IMG/VR virus record: IMGVR_UViG_3300047551_002812
Location: 15,358 to 79,357 of that record
Strand: one strand, 5' to 3'
Length of the DNA stretch: 64,000 nucleotides
From: a virus
Shown: positions 47,003 through 57,857 of the stretch, one piece after another
How the letters are laid out: each line of letters starts with the position of its first letter
Position numbering within the stretch: the first letter of the stretch is position 1
Notes under the pieces: generated by a model
What the model saw: the letters and a program-made list of their open reading frames with translations, nothing else
Told to the model about the DNA's origin: nothing
Database searches by the model: none
Translations under genes and position numbers: made by a program

Positions 47003-50000
47003 TTAGAAGAGTTGTATTACGATACCCGGGTACATGCCCCCTGTCCCGAGCCTGTTGAACTTAGTCTCCAGCGGATCGGGAATCGTTATCGTCTCACCCG
47101 CGGCATTAACAGTGGTGGAGGATTGATCGAAGATCTCGGCTCTCGTCCAGTTCTGATATTCCTTGTTCACGCTGTCGTACTTGGTGGAGTACAGACCTAT
47201 GATAAAACTCGGGGAGATGTTTTTGGATCTGAAGTAGACACCTATATCGAAAGCGTCACTGATGATGTTCTTGATAGACTGCTTGGTGAGTGCGTTGCCC
47301 TCAAGACTGAATCTTCTTAACGCCGGAGTGAAGTTGGCTCCGGTTGCCATGCCGGTGATATTTTTAAGGGTGCCAGACCTGTATGTTGTGAGAAGATTGT
47401 TATTCAGGTAGGCGAATCTCAGTCCCACACAATTCTTGAACAGAGGTACGGATCCGGTCGCTCGCACACCTTGGAGATAGATCTGGTCTATCGCGATGTG
47501 ATTGTCGAAGAAGGAACTTATGTCTTGACCTGCTCTGCGGAATTTTAACGTTGCGGAGGTGACAGACACCTCACGATTAACGTACACGAATCGATTTCCC
47601 CTATCGATCTGGGTCACTCTTCCGACCTCAGTCGATCCGCTGTAGACAATATCCCCGACCATAACTTGGGAGTCGATCTGGAATCCACCAGGGTTACTCT
47701 GGTACAGTTTATCCGAGGTGGCGTTGGATGTATCATTGTTGTTCCTCGATGTCCAGGTTACACCCGGAGTTGTCTCCTCCGTCTCTCCGGTTACCAGAGG
47801 CGCGATCAATCTGCCCCTGCTCTCGGGCACAGTCCAGTTTCCCGGGTACCTCTGCGAGAGGGTCCCATCAAGGTTGACGTAGTTAAGAACTCCATTGTTC
47901 GACGAGGTGAAGAAGCTAGGCAACAGTGACCCACCCACGCCGGTGCCATTGGAAGGTCCGTAGATTGTCTGTACTCTGCTTGTTGCGGAGGATCCGAGCG
48001 AGGAGAGGTCCCTGAATCTGCAGTTATGGAACCAGGTATTGAAGTTTACGCCGGACGTGTTATTACTGGAGTATATTGTGGGGAACTTGCCAGTTATATA
48101 CGAGTCGCCGATGTAAAACGTGGAGATGCGAGGTAGGTTCTTCAGATCTGTGGATCTGAACTCGAGATCTCTCGATGAGCTATTGAACAGTGAGTGAAGG
48201 TATACTGTTTGCAGAGGATGATAGGAGGTTCCGACCGACTCGTTTACAAAGTTTGATGGGAGGAGGTACTGTAGTCCGTCGGATGTCTCATAGCCGCTCC
48301 AGTTGTTGGCTCCGAAGTTGATGAAGGAGAGACTTGTGGCTCCGGACACCGAGGGGATCTTACCGTACCAGCCCGCGTACCAGGCCTCTATCGTTCCGAG
48401 TCTGGGGGCCTGGATGATATCCACCGAGGATAACGTCCCCACATCTACCGAAGCGTTATACTTAACTTTATCGGATGTCTCCTGCGTGCCACAGTAGATG
48501 CAGTTTATACTGCTTAGTTTGTTCCAAGTAAGACTGGTTCCGGAAGCGATCCTGACCGCTATGTCCCTGTTATAGACATTGAGGCTCTGAGTCTCCGCTA
48601 ACCACCCACTCCAGGCATCCGCGGCTGTCCCAGACGCTACAAAACTGTACTTTGGAAGACTATCCACTGTGGTGGCGGGAATGCTGACTCCCAACTCGGA
48701 GTTAGTAGTGCATATTCCCCCGAACCACCCACCACCTCCACTGTTCTCTATAGAGAACGAGGAGAACTTGAACTGACCTATAAACTGCCTCTTATTGAAG
48801 ACCAGGTCGGCGGTGTTCCAGGTTAACGTATTTCCCAGGTGCCTTATAGACCCTCCCACGTCCCCGGCGTGTCCCGCAAGCGACAGGGACATGACCCCGT
48901 CGTTATTGAGCATCTTGGGGATAAGACCGTACAGAACTCTTGGGCTTCCGTCTCCGGAGTCGATAACGAGAGTCTTTAGAGCAGGAAAGAGGGTGGAGAA
49001 GTCCGGGTTGGCCAGTTTCACGGTCGGACCCAGATTGAGTTCCTCAAGAGCCGTGAAGGGTCTGAACCCGTGGGTAGCGGTTATGCTTGGTAGTAGGCCA
49101 CCATTGATCGATATGTTCCTCTGGTTCTTGTATAGCACGCCGTTCTGGTCCTGCACCGTGCCGTACGTTCCGTCGTAAGCCGTTACCGGTCCAGAATTAA
49201 ACCACCCACTATACCCGAGCGTCTGAGCCAGGGTAGTGTTAGGTCTACCACCACCGTCACTCGTTCCGGTCACTCCTGTGGGAGGTTCCTGCCAATCGAA
49301 GAAGGAGACGATCCCGTTGTTCCAGAACGCGTTGCCCCTCACATTGAGTTTCTTAAGGCTACCGTGAAGCGTTCTCAGCCACACCGGTAGAGTGGACAGA
49401 TTATTGTTGGATATATCCAACTCTTGAAGAGAGTTAAACCCTACGAGTCCTATGTCCCGGCCACCCTGCTCGGTCATCCCCAGCCCGGAGAGATTGGCGG
49501 AGGTGATCGCCGACGGATCCAGGTAGATGTATAGCAGGCTATCCACACCATTGCACACCGTCCCCGAGGTGTTAATAGTGATATTCACCGTGGTCACAGC
49601 ACCCGCCGAGGAGACTGAATCAGCTCTGGCGACTCGGAGATCTGACTGCCTCTTCAGTTCCCATCCGTAGATGAAGGCGGGAGAGCTGGACGTTGCGCTG
49701 GCTCTGGAGAACGAGATCGAGGCCGTACCGTAGATCCTGACCGGGAGGATCAGCGGTGAGTTCTTTGTCGCGTAGCACTCCAGGTTCGTTACGCTCGGCG
49801 AGGTGTTAGCCGAGGTGCGCATGTAGGTGGGGATCTTCAGCGTGTCTGTCGGCGATTCTACGATAGAACCCTTCTCGATAAGAAGTTTTGAGGAGAGGCG
49901 GAGCTCGTACAGGTGGGACCGGCGCCTTATCCTGAATAGCCCTGGGTACGATGCTGACACGTACTTACCCGCCGTGTCCTTCGACGAGTTGAAGAGACTC

Positions 50001-50449
50001 TGCCTCGATGTCGGCACGGTGGTCGTCCGTACGTCACCATTCTCGTCGAGGAAGTTGTACTCGATCTTCTTGGCGGCCAATCCGCCCTGGAACACGATGA
50101 TATTGTCTGAGAAGTCCGCCGTGGAGAACGATTGCTTACCTGGCTCGCCCACTGCCTTATCAGTTGTTATCTGCTGGCTCAACGAGTAGGCCACACTGCC
50201 TAGAGTACGGGCCGAGATTCCCAAGGAGTGAATGACGGGTTTATCGAGTCCTCCCATCGTCCTGACGTCCTCCTTTGTCAGGCCGTCATTCGCGAGGCCA
50301 TATATCTGGTCAAGGCCGTCGGGGTTAAGTAGCAGGTTAGTAAGTGCTAGACGCTCGTCGGAATCGTAGATTTCGCTCAGATCGAACCTGTCAACCAGTC
50401 CGGTATCGGGTCTGTTCTGCTGAAGAAACTTAAAGAAATCTGCCATCAC
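47003..50449 (-). CDS. Leucine-rich-repeat virion protein (1148 aa)
   Basis: LRRs such as LQELDISNNNLSTLP, LKKLNVRGNAF, LRFAYLNNNLLT and LRRFSLEGNAL; lies within the structural operon. Confidence 0.7.
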   Translation of the reverse strand: MMADFFKFLQQNRPDTGLVDRFDLSEIYDSDERLALTNLLLNPDGLDQIYGLANDGLTKEDVRTMGGLDKPVIHSLGISARTLGSVAYSLSQQITTDKAVGEPGKQSFSTADFSDNIIVFQGGLAAKKIEYNFLDENGDVRTTTVPTSRQSLFNSSKDTAGKYVSASYPGLFRIRRRSHLYELRLSSKLLIEKGSIVESPTDTLKIPTYMRTSANTSPSVTNLECYATKNSPLILPVRIYGTASISFSRASATSSSPAFIYGWELKRQSDLRVARADSVSSAGAVTTVNITINTSGTVCNGVDSLLYIYLDPSAITSANLSGLGMTEQGGRDIGLVGFNSLQELDISNNNLSTLPVWLRTLHGSLKKLNVRGNAFWNNGIVSFFDWQEPPTGVTGTSDGGGRPNTTLAQTLGYSGWFNSGPVTAYDGTYGTVQDQNGVLYKNQRNISINGGLLPSITATHGFRPFTALEELNLGPTVKLANPDFSTLFPALKTLVIDSGDGSPRVLYGLIPKMLNNDGVMSLSLAGHAGDVGGSIRHLGNTLTWNTADLVFNKRQFIGQFKFSSFSIENSGGGGWFGGICTTNSELGVSIPATTVDSLPKYSFVASGTAADAWSGWLAETQSLNVYNRDIAVRIASGTSLTWNKLSSINCIYCGTQETSDKVKYNASVDVGTLSSVDIIQAPRLGTIEAWYAGWYGKIPSVSGATSLSFINFGANNWSGYETSDGLQYLLPSNFVNESVGTSYHPLQTVYLHSLFNSSSRDLEFRSTDLKNLPRISTFYIGDSYITGKFPTIYSSNNTSGVNFNTWFHNCRFRDLSSLGSSATSRVQTIYGPSNGTGVGGSLLPSFFTSSNNGVLNYVNLDGTLSQRYPGNWTVPESRGRLIAPLVTGETEETTPGVTWTSRNNNDTSNATSDKLYQSNPGGFQIDSQVMVGDIVYSGSTEVGRVTQIDRGNRFVYVNREVSVTSATLKFRRAGQDISSFFDNHIAIDQIYLQGVRATGSVPLFKNCVGLRFAYLNNNLLTTYRSGTLKNITGMATGANFTPALRRFSLEGNALTKQSIKNIISDAFDIGVYFRSKNISPSFIIGLYSTKYDSVNKEYQNWTRAEIFDQSSTTVNAAGETITIPDPLETKFNRLGTGGMYPGIVIQLF

Positions 50450-53400
50450 TGTTCCTTATAATTGAGCGTTACTGACATCGTACCATCCACCCCCACGGAG
50501 AGATTCCGAGCTATCATGAACAGAGCTTTATTGCTCCAGAAACTTGGACCTACGGATTCTGTGTTGATGCTGAAGATATCAGACAAATCTATCTCCGTGG
50601 GCTTATTGGCGGAAACAAAGAATGATGCTATGGGCTCTCCAGAGTCTTTAAACTCCAGCCATCGGATCGGATAGTCCCCGGTGCCTGAGAATCCCGCTCC
50701 GGAGAGGATATTGCCACTTACGAAACTCGGGCACTTCTTCCTCCTATCTGCCCCCGTCGCTCCAGTGACATCGTAGTAGGAGTACTCGGCGGATGTCAAT
50801 GTTCCAGGGTGTCCATACGCGATCATCGACTTCTTCGCCGAGTTGGTCTCGTCGGATGAACCTCCATCGTGCCTATCCGGCTGACCACCGGAATTTGTCA
50901 CGCTCAGGGTGGATCCGTGGGGTGTGAAGGGGATCTGTATGACCCCGGTAGGAGTGACCTGGCCGATACTTACGCCACCGATCTTAGCCCCCTCCCGCAT
51001 TCTCACAAAAAACCTCAGGGGGAAAAGGTTCTGCCCCACGATCTTCTGCGCGAGAAGGATCCCGTCCGGACGGAGTAGGTCTGGTTTGTACAGGGCGATC
51101 GCGCGGTACTTAGCCGTTACGCGGGTCTCGTTGGAGAATGCCGACCCACTCACAACAACCACCGGAAGGAGGTAGAGTCTAACACTGGTTCCCGCGGGGA
51201 TATAAGACTGCTGTGCTACGCCGGAAGTCGTGCGGACGATTATGCTTGCACCATCCGAGTCCCTCTCGGCGAAGATCGTGTTTGACGATGCCCACAGATC
51301 CTTGGGCCACGGGGACGTCTTGGAGAGGTAGTACGTTCCCGCGGTCACGGTGCCGTTTATATCGAATGCCGTGAATGTCGATATCTCCTTGATCTCCCCG
51401 GCTCTGCCGTAGATCGCGTGGCAACTACCCCCGTCGGAGCCAGGGATGCTGGGAAGTTGGGAGTCTATCTGCCCCACCGAGTCGGTCATACCCTCGCCCA
51501 CCTCGATGCCACCGTCGCCGGTACTCAACCACGCGGACTGATTGAGTATCAGAACGTTGTCCTTAAGTGAGTCGGAGTCCAGGTTTACCGGCAAACCCTC
51601 GTAGTAGCGGTAGTTAGCACTATTAGGCACCGTCTTATCCACAACGTAGTAGTTCCCGGCATCCTCCAGCACTCTCACGTCGAAACTATTTCCACTCAGT
51701 CCCGACCTATCGTCGGAGTTCTTCGGGTCGATTATACCAAAATTAGGACCGACTCTCGCTCTGGATATGATGGATCCGGGGTAGGTGTAGGAACCCGGGT
51801 TCTCCTGGGGCCAGACAATACCGATCTGCATCTCTCCAAAGTGGTTGCCGTCGCATCCGAACTCAACATCATCCACTCCGCAGGTCAGCGAGTAGGAGTC
51901 CTTGGACTGGGCGGTTACCCTTGAGAAGAGAAGGTAGAATTCGTCGGTGGTGATGTCCACTGTGGACAGAAGGGTGGTATCTCGGCGGAACCTGGATAGT
52001 TTTAGGGAGACATTCTCCGTGAACCGGAAAAGCAATTCTGCATTTGACCAGAGTCGGTTCTTTGACTGACCTACATAGATACTCGAGGAGAGATCTCTCT
52101 GGATCACGATCTCCGGGCCACTTATACCACTAGGGGAAGAAGAGTACTCCTGGGTGGGGTTAACGTAGGAAGCAAACACCTTATCCCCGATAAGATGGGA
52201 ACCCATAAGGGATTTCTCGTACGCGGTCCATCCGATAAACGACCCTCCGCTTCTGAGATTATCGGACGCTAGTGGGAACGCTGGATCGGGTCCTACGTAC
52301 GTCAGAGTTGGGATAGGTGATTGCTTATCTCTGCCAAGAGAGACCAGCGTGGTCTCGTCCTTCTGGTATCGGTTTACGCTGAATATGCCTCTCAGCCTCT
52401 GCTCTTCCGGGATAACGCACGTGTACCCCTCCTGGAAGGTAAAACCGTTCTCCCTGCATCCGTACTGATTGACGAACTTGATCTCGGCATCCGTCGTCGA
52501 GGTGACGGACACGGACACTGGGAAGATCTCCTTCTTGTTCGGAAACGAGTTCCCTTCGGAGTTCACGATGTACTGCTTGGGTTTAAGTCCCAGCACGCTG
52601 GCCCAGTCGTAGATAGGGACTTCAGTCGTGTCGGAAGCGATAGCCGGCACGGTGCGATTTATCGCCCTCCCGCTTGCCAACGAGACTGTCCCCTCGTCTC
52701 CTCCGTCAATGTAGTACGATGCGCCGTACTTCTCCACAAATTGCGGGAGACGGAGTCTACTTGGACTGTCTACGTACACGCGGTACTTGAAGAAGAAGAA
52801 CGGGTCTTCGAGGCAGGGTTGTCCCAATTGGTTTTCTATGACAAGTGTATGAACTGCCACCCAACGAGCCTGCCCATTGCCCTGCGGTACGTAGACATAG
52901 AACCTAGCTCCAATAGCTCCGTACCACCCGAACTCGATCTTGTACATCGTGACCGTGTCCGGATTGAAGATATACCCACTCTCTCCCCGCCCATTGAGTC
53001 CGTCACCATTCATCTGGTTCTGCTGGATCACAGTCTCGTAGACCTTCGTGACGCGGTTCTTTCTCACCTCGTCCTCCAGCAGGAGGACCTCGGAGTCGGT
53101 GAGTAGGTCCTTGTACCTAATCACCCCGGTGAGTTGGGAGATGTACGCCTCGCGTTCGCGGTACTCCGCCTCGGTGAAAAGATCGGTCTGTCCGAGCGGG
53201 ATTGTCGAACGCCTCACCACGGAGAAATCAGTGCCGTCTTGGAGTCTGAAGAAGTACCCGTCGGTGTAGTTTTCGGCTCCCCACTCCAGAAGGGATCCGG
53301 GACCGGCACCCTCTTCGGACACACGGACACCGTAGGTAAAAGCGCTTATCCGTCCAGGTTGGTAGCGAAAAGCCCGAATGGATGTCAGAGTGATGACGGA

Positions 53401-54672
53401 GTAGTTCGACTCACTGCCCCCGATGATATTACCGTCGGAGATAGCACCGGAGATCTGAGGAGTGGCCGGATCGGAGTAACTCTGAGGCCAACTCTCGCCG
53501 AAGATCAGCGATTCCGACGGGACGTCGGAGGTGATGAGGAAGTATGGTAGTTTGTAATCCAGGACGTACTGGGGTACCTGGGACTGGGAGGCGTATACCT
53601 GGAACTCCCAGTTCTTGAGGTTGGTTGGTAGGGAGTTGTAATCTATACCCCAGTACTCCTGCCAGAGTTCCGGATTAGGGTTCGTTGCGATACTGTAATG
53701 CCCTCTGTTCGGCTCACGCCAGGTGTAACGAGTCGAGGCAAAGAAGAACTTATTGAAGTTAACTGAGACGTTGGCCTCCTCGGGCTGAAGATCGGAACCG
53801 AACAGTTCCGCCAGGTCGATGGTGTCGTTACCGGACTCGGGGGCGAAGTTAACGAGGGTCCCCTGAGGGATGATGGGAATATTTCCTACGGACTCGAATC
53901 TTCCCTGGTTGATATCCAACCAGATCTGATCCCAGTACAGACGATCGAACTTACCGTCCGGGGTCTTGGGGTACTTACGCTCCAAAAACCCGAGTCGGAA
54001 AGCGTTCTTCTGCTCCTGGGTGAAGTTGTTGACCATGTACTCGATGATGTACATAGCCACGAGGGACTGGAGGTAACGACCCCAACCAGGTCCGGGATTA
54101 TCCACGACCCCGTTGATCTTATTGGATACGGGTGGGTTTCCGGGATTGGTGTACGGTACGGGGTAGGATGTTAGGACAACCGAGGATCCCTCCTTGTAAT
54201 CGTAGTCCTTTACCGGGACGTGAGGTCCGGCAGGGGAGTTCTTTGAGATCCAAGACCCACCTTGGGAGGTGTCAGGGTAACCGTAGTACACCACCCAGTC
54301 CTTTCGGTTGAGACCGTAAGAGCTTACGTTATCGAATATACCCTGCTGAGTCTCCCGCCGGTCTATGCCCAGGAGCGAACGGCTCACGGCGCTCTGCTCG
54401 GCAAACTGCTCCTCTACCGGAAGAGCGGCCGGTCGGCCTTTGCTGTAGATGTTCCGGGTAGAAAGACCATCCTTCCTGTAGGATTTCGAGTCGGTCACTA
54501 CTGCCACGGACCCCCTGGAGAGGTAGTCTGGGGGATAGTACACGTCTTTCCTTGAGATCAGTACATTCCCCTCGTCGGAGAAGAGCGCACTTCCCCGGTA
54601 ACTGATCATCTGTAGCTCTTTCTCGTAGGTCCTAGCGCCGGACTTCTGCGCTTTTATGCGGTACTGGGCCAT
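50446..54672 (-). CDS. Large virion structural protein (1408 aa), paralogue A
   Basis: FRYQPGRIS, VTMYKIEFGWYGAIGA, KYGASYYIDGGD. Confidence 0.7.
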   Translation of the reverse strand: MAQYRIKAQKSGARTYEKELQMISYRGSALFSDEGNVLISRKDVYYPPDYLSRGSVAVVTDSKSYRKDGLSTRNIYSKGRPAALPVEEQFAEQSAVSRSLLGIDRRETQQGIFDNVSSYGLNRKDWVVYYGYPDTSQGGSWISKNSPAGPHVPVKDYDYKEGSSVVLTSYPVPYTNPGNPPVSNKINGVVDNPGPGWGRYLQSLVAMYIIEYMVNNFTQEQKNAFRLGFLERKYPKTPDGKFDRLYWDQIWLDINQGRFESVGNIPIIPQGTLVNFAPESGNDTIDLAELFGSDLQPEEANVSVNFNKFFFASTRYTWREPNRGHYSIATNPNPELWQEYWGIDYNSLPTNLKNWEFQVYASQSQVPQYVLDYKLPYFLITSDVPSESLIFGESWPQSYSDPATPQISGAISDGNIIGGSESNYSVITLTSIRAFRYQPGRISAFTYGVRVSEEGAGPGSLLEWGAENYTDGYFFRLQDGTDFSVVRRSTIPLGQTDLFTEAEYREREAYISQLTGVIRYKDLLTDSEVLLLEDEVRKNRVTKVYETVIQQNQMNGDGLNGRGESGYIFNPDTVTMYKIEFGWYGAIGARFYVYVPQGNGQARWVAVHTLVIENQLGQPCLEDPFFFFKYRVYVDSPSRLRLPQFVEKYGASYYIDGGDEGTVSLASGRAINRTVPAIASDTTEVPIYDWASVLGLKPKQYIVNSEGNSFPNKKEIFPVSVSVTSTTDAEIKFVNQYGCRENGFTFQEGYTCVIPEEQRLRGIFSVNRYQKDETTLVSLGRDKQSPIPTLTYVGPDPAFPLASDNLRSGGSFIGWTAYEKSLMGSHLIGDKVFASYVNPTQEYSSSPSGISGPEIVIQRDLSSSIYVGQSKNRLWSNAELLFRFTENVSLKLSRFRRDTTLLSTVDITTDEFYLLFSRVTAQSKDSYSLTCGVDDVEFGCDGNHFGEMQIGIVWPQENPGSYTYPGSIISRARVGPNFGIIDPKNSDDRSGLSGNSFDVRVLEDAGNYYVVDKTVPNSANYRYYEGLPVNLDSDSLKDNVLILNQSAWLSTGDGGIEVGEGMTDSVGQIDSQLPSIPGSDGGSCHAIYGRAGEIKEISTFTAFDINGTVTAGTYYLSKTSPWPKDLWASSNTIFAERDSDGASIIVRTTSGVAQQSYIPAGTSVRLYLLPVVVVSGSAFSNETRVTAKYRAIALYKPDLLRPDGILLAQKIVGQNLFPLRFFVRMREGAKIGGVSIGQVTPTGVIQIPFTPHGSTLSVTNSGGQPDRHDGGSSDETNSAKKSMIAYGHPGTLTSAEYSYYDVTGATGADRRKKCPSFVSGNILSGAGFSGTGDYPIRWLEFKDSGEPIASFFVSANKPTEIDLSDIFSINTESVGPSFWSNKALFMIARNLSVGVDGTMSVTLNYKEQ

Positions 54673-54678
54673 GGGTTA

Positions 54679-57600
54679 TCACTGCTCCTCCCAGGTAAGG
54701 GCATTATTGACCTTGAATGGTGAGGTGCCGGGGGTGGATGAGCCCAGAGCCTGAGTCGAGATGTCGTAATGCCCTTGGAGGTTGATGATGTCCACCTCGT
54801 CGGTGAGAGGGAAGGACAGGTACTCCTTGTTGTACGCAAAGTAATCTTGAAGGTCGAACTGATACCCACCAGCGTTAGTGTAGTACGAGAGGATCTCATT
54901 GCCGGTGTCAGGTACTGGCGTGAGATCGAGATCCTGGGCTATCTGGACCCCGGAGAGACGCGTGATATCCTCCCAGGTGGCGAATCCGTCCACCTCCAGG
55001 CGATTCCACTTGGTCTGGTCGGTTGAGGCGCTGGAACCCAAGACCCCTGAGCCGGCACTCAGAACCGCCTCAGAGAAGACTCCGGAGGAGCTGACAGTGA
55101 GGTGGCGTTCTGGGATAAACAGTCCGACAATGTAGACATCCTCCGGGTAGGAGAAGAACTTCTCGAAGAAGTATCCCGCGGAGGTTCTCGACAGTTTCCC
55201 GAGGATCGGGGTGTAGGCGGAGGGGGAGGTTGTTCCGATGGTCCAGCCTGTCGAGGCGGTTGACTGAGAGGTCGTACCCAAGAAGTACCCGTAGCGATAC
55301 TTACCAACGTCTATCGCCGGAGGAGTCGCGAACCCTATCTGGACCGGGAGGGTGGAGTTCTTGGTGTTCACGTACTGATTCGCTGTGGTCACCGGATCGC
55401 GGACTATGCTGGCCCCAGTGTAAGCCACATCGGTGCCAAGAGAGGTGGATGTGTTGGTAACGATGAACAGCGGGTTCTTGATCGCTCTCAAGGTGAGGAG
55501 CTCGCCGGAGGTACCTCCGGTCACTCCGGCTCCGTACTTGATTGGGTAGATCTGGAGGCGGTTACGTACCGGTTTACCATCTCTGTTGTAGATGAAGTCC
55601 TTGGCGCGGACCGTGAGCAGGGACCGTTGAGCCCTAGGGATGATAAGTCTTACCCCGGTGGCAGCGGAAGCCGGGAGCGACGAGCTCGTGAAATGAAGTG
55701 TGATATTATCCCCGTTCTTAGTCACCCACTTGACTTTAGCAGTCGAGTCGGAGGCGAGGTACGCTCCTATGAGTCCCACAGCCACGGATCCCGAGAGATT
55801 AGGATGGGTTGTTACGGAGTACCTAAGCGCGGCGCCCGCTATCGCCCCCTCGTCGGTGGCTCTCACCCAATTATTCGCGGTGAAGTCGTAGAAACCTTTG
55901 GGGACCTCGCGGGGGAAATCCGAGGCCTTGGAGAGTAAACGAACGGTGCCCTTGTCTCCACCATCGATGTAGTAGGAGGCACCGTATTTTACCAGCGTGT
56001 TGCCAATGTCCGTTGACTCCAGACCACTCTCCAGACCTCCATGGGTTAGGTAGGTGATGGGGAGAGTAGCGTTACCGAGGGAGGCAACGGAATGCTGGTT
56101 GGAGGCCCTGATGTGGTGAACGCGGACCCAACGGGCCTGATTGTTACCTACAGGAACGTAGCAGAGGAAGATAGCACCAACGGCTCCGTACCAGGAGAAC
56201 TCGATCTTCCACATCGTCACCTTTGTGAAATCGATGTTGTAGGCGGAGGTGGTCATCAGGTCCTCATTATCCGCCGTCTTTATCTTCTGGCCTGGTAGAT
56301 TGACCACGGAGCCCCCACCGACAGTATTATCCTCAGCAGCCGTGTTAACGTCGCTCCACCTCACAACCGACTCAGTACCATCGAGCTTATCGCCGGAGAA
56401 CATCGCCCTACACGGCCTCCACTCGTACACCATGCGGTAGGGTTTGGGAACGCAGAGATTGAACCACTCCTTCAGAGTCACGTTTCCGTCGGTGACGGTA
56501 CGAGCCTTTACATTCAGCGCGGCTCCCGACCCGGGGATATTCGGCGAGGCGGAGTGCTGCGCGTCGGTGATCCTGTAGGAGGAGTCGGTACCCTGGGTGT
56601 TAACGAGCAGGTGCCATACCTTCTTCTCTTTATTTGTCTCCGACGGAGTAACGTCCCACGTATTCGCGGCGATGGCGGAACTATAAGAGGTGATGGAGGA
56701 ACCATCAGTGCCCCACTCCGAGGACTGCAGACCGGATTTGGTGGATGGGAAGGTGTTGTAGGACGCCTTGCGATTGAGATTGGATACGATCTGGTAGAAG
56801 TTGCAGTGGGCGTCGAGTCGGATGTACCCGCGTTCGAGCGAAGTGCTCTCGGGGCTTAGTGATACCGTCTTCGATTGGTCGAATGGGAACTGGTACTTAC
56901 GGTCGGTCATCACCTCCGACCACGTGGATGTAGTGCCATTGTAGGTTGCTAGGCGCACGGCGTATCCGGAGTCCGGTCTGTAGTTCTTCAGCGCGCCGGA
57001 GGGATCGTTTGCGGTGTCGATAGAGACCACATCGGCCGGAGAGTAGACCAGCGAGGGGTCGTAGATCGCCGCGGCAGTGTAGACCAGACCATCTCTGACG
57101 ATCACGGGATCGACTCCGGCAATACCGAAGTTGGTCGCCGTGTTGAAGGTGGTATCGTCGCCATTCTGGAACCAGCTTAGCGCACCGGCATAGCCCGAGG
57201 GCTCGGAGGGAATGATGGCCTGGGTACGACGAACGCAGCGGAAATCGTTACCTTTCCCGGCATTTACCGCCTCGAAGTAGTAACCGTCGAACTTGTCAAA
57301 GATACCCCACTTCTTGATCGAGGGGGCACCTTTCATCTTGGCCTGGAGCGCTGCCGCCTGGGCCTCCGGATCGCGAGTAACGTTCATCTTCACGCCCATG
57401 GTGGAGGCCGAGACGCGCCCGGGTTGGTAACGGAAGAAACGTTTGGAGGTCAGTACGGTAGTCTTTCCGTCCGGAGCGACGAGTCTAGCTCCGGCTTCCT
57501 CGGGGATGTGCTCCACACCGTAACTGATCCCTCTGGCCCCGCCGGATGCCGGAGTGTTCTCTTGAGGGTACTGTGCCCACTCGGAGGGATTGACGTCGTA

Positions 57601-57807
57601 GGTATTGACATCCGCAAAGATTCCAAGAGCAACCTCAGCTCTCGGAATACCGAGAAGACTCAGTGCCACCTCCGACTGAATCTTATTCTGCTCCTCAACG
57701 GGGATCGGAGCCTGATCCTCCGCGAAAACAACCGGGAGGGAGTTGGCCGCGGGTTGTTGGCCTAGAGGTACCGGAGAAGTTCTTCCGACGCTGACTTTTG
57801 ATGCCAT
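54679..57807 (-). CDS. Large virion structural protein, paralogue B
   Basis: FRYQPGRVS, VTMWKIEFSWYGAVGA, KYGASYYIDGGD. Start set at ATG 57807 because GTTTAAAG occupies 57835-57842. Confidence 0.7.
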   Translation of the reverse strand: MASKVSVGRTSPVPLGQQPAANSLPVVFAEDQAPIPVEEQNKIQSEVALSLLGIPRAEVALGIFADVNTYDVNPSEWAQYPQENTPASGGARGISYGVEHIPEEAGARLVAPDGKTTVLTSKRFFRYQPGRVSASTMGVKMNVTRDPEAQAAALQAKMKGAPSIKKWGIFDKFDGYYFEAVNAGKGNDFRCVRRTQAIIPSEPSGYAGALSWFQNGDDTTFNTATNFGIAGVDPVIVRDGLVYTAAAIYDPSLVYSPADVVSIDTANDPSGALKNYRPDSGYAVRLATYNGTTSTWSEVMTDRKYQFPFDQSKTVSLSPESTSLERGYIRLDAHCNFYQIVSNLNRKASYNTFPSTKSGLQSSEWGTDGSSITSYSSAIAANTWDVTPSETNKEKKVWHLLVNTQGTDSSYRITDAQHSASPNIPGSGAALNVKARTVTDGNVTLKEWFNLCVPKPYRMVYEWRPCRAMFSGDKLDGTESVVRWSDVNTAAEDNTVGGGSVVNLPGQKIKTADNEDLMTTSAYNIDFTKVTMWKIEFSWYGAVGAIFLCYVPVGNNQARWVRVHHIRASNQHSVASLGNATLPITYLTHGGLESGLESTDIGNTLVKYGASYYIDGGDKGTVRLLSKASDFPREVPKGFYDFTANNWVRATDEGAIAGAALRYSVTTHPNLSGSVAVGLIGAYLASDSTAKVKWVTKNGDNITLHFTSSSLPASAATGVRLIIPRAQRSLLTVRAKDFIYNRDGKPVRNRLQIYPIKYGAGVTGGTSGELLTLRAIKNPLFIVTNTSTSLGTDVAYTGASIVRDPVTTANQYVNTKNSTLPVQIGFATPPAIDVGKYRYGYFLGTTSQSTASTGWTIGTTSPSAYTPILGKLSRTSAGYFFEKFFSYPEDVYIVGLFIPERHLTVSSSGVFSEAVLSAGSGVLGSSASTDQTKWNRLEVDGFATWEDITRLSGVQIAQDLDLTPVPDTGNEILSYYTNAGGYQFDLQDYFAYNKEYLSFPLTDEVDIINLQGHYDISTQALGSSTPGTSPFKVNNALTWEEQ

Positions 57808-57834
57808 TGTAAATGGATTCTCTATATACAACTA

Positions 57835-57842
57835 CTTTAAAC
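57835..57842 (-). promoter_or_regulatory. Putative late promoter GTTTAAAG
   Basis: Exact motif just downstream of a hairpin, heading the roughly 13 kb operon. Confidence 0.65.
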
Positions 57843-57857
57843 ATTACCTGTCAAACG

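Noticed and set aside
12058-51102. HIP1 (GCGATCGC) enrichment
   Set aside because: I noticed only isolated copies (12058, 51095), not the high density typical of HIP1-rich cyanobacterial chromosomes; this was not an exhaustive count.
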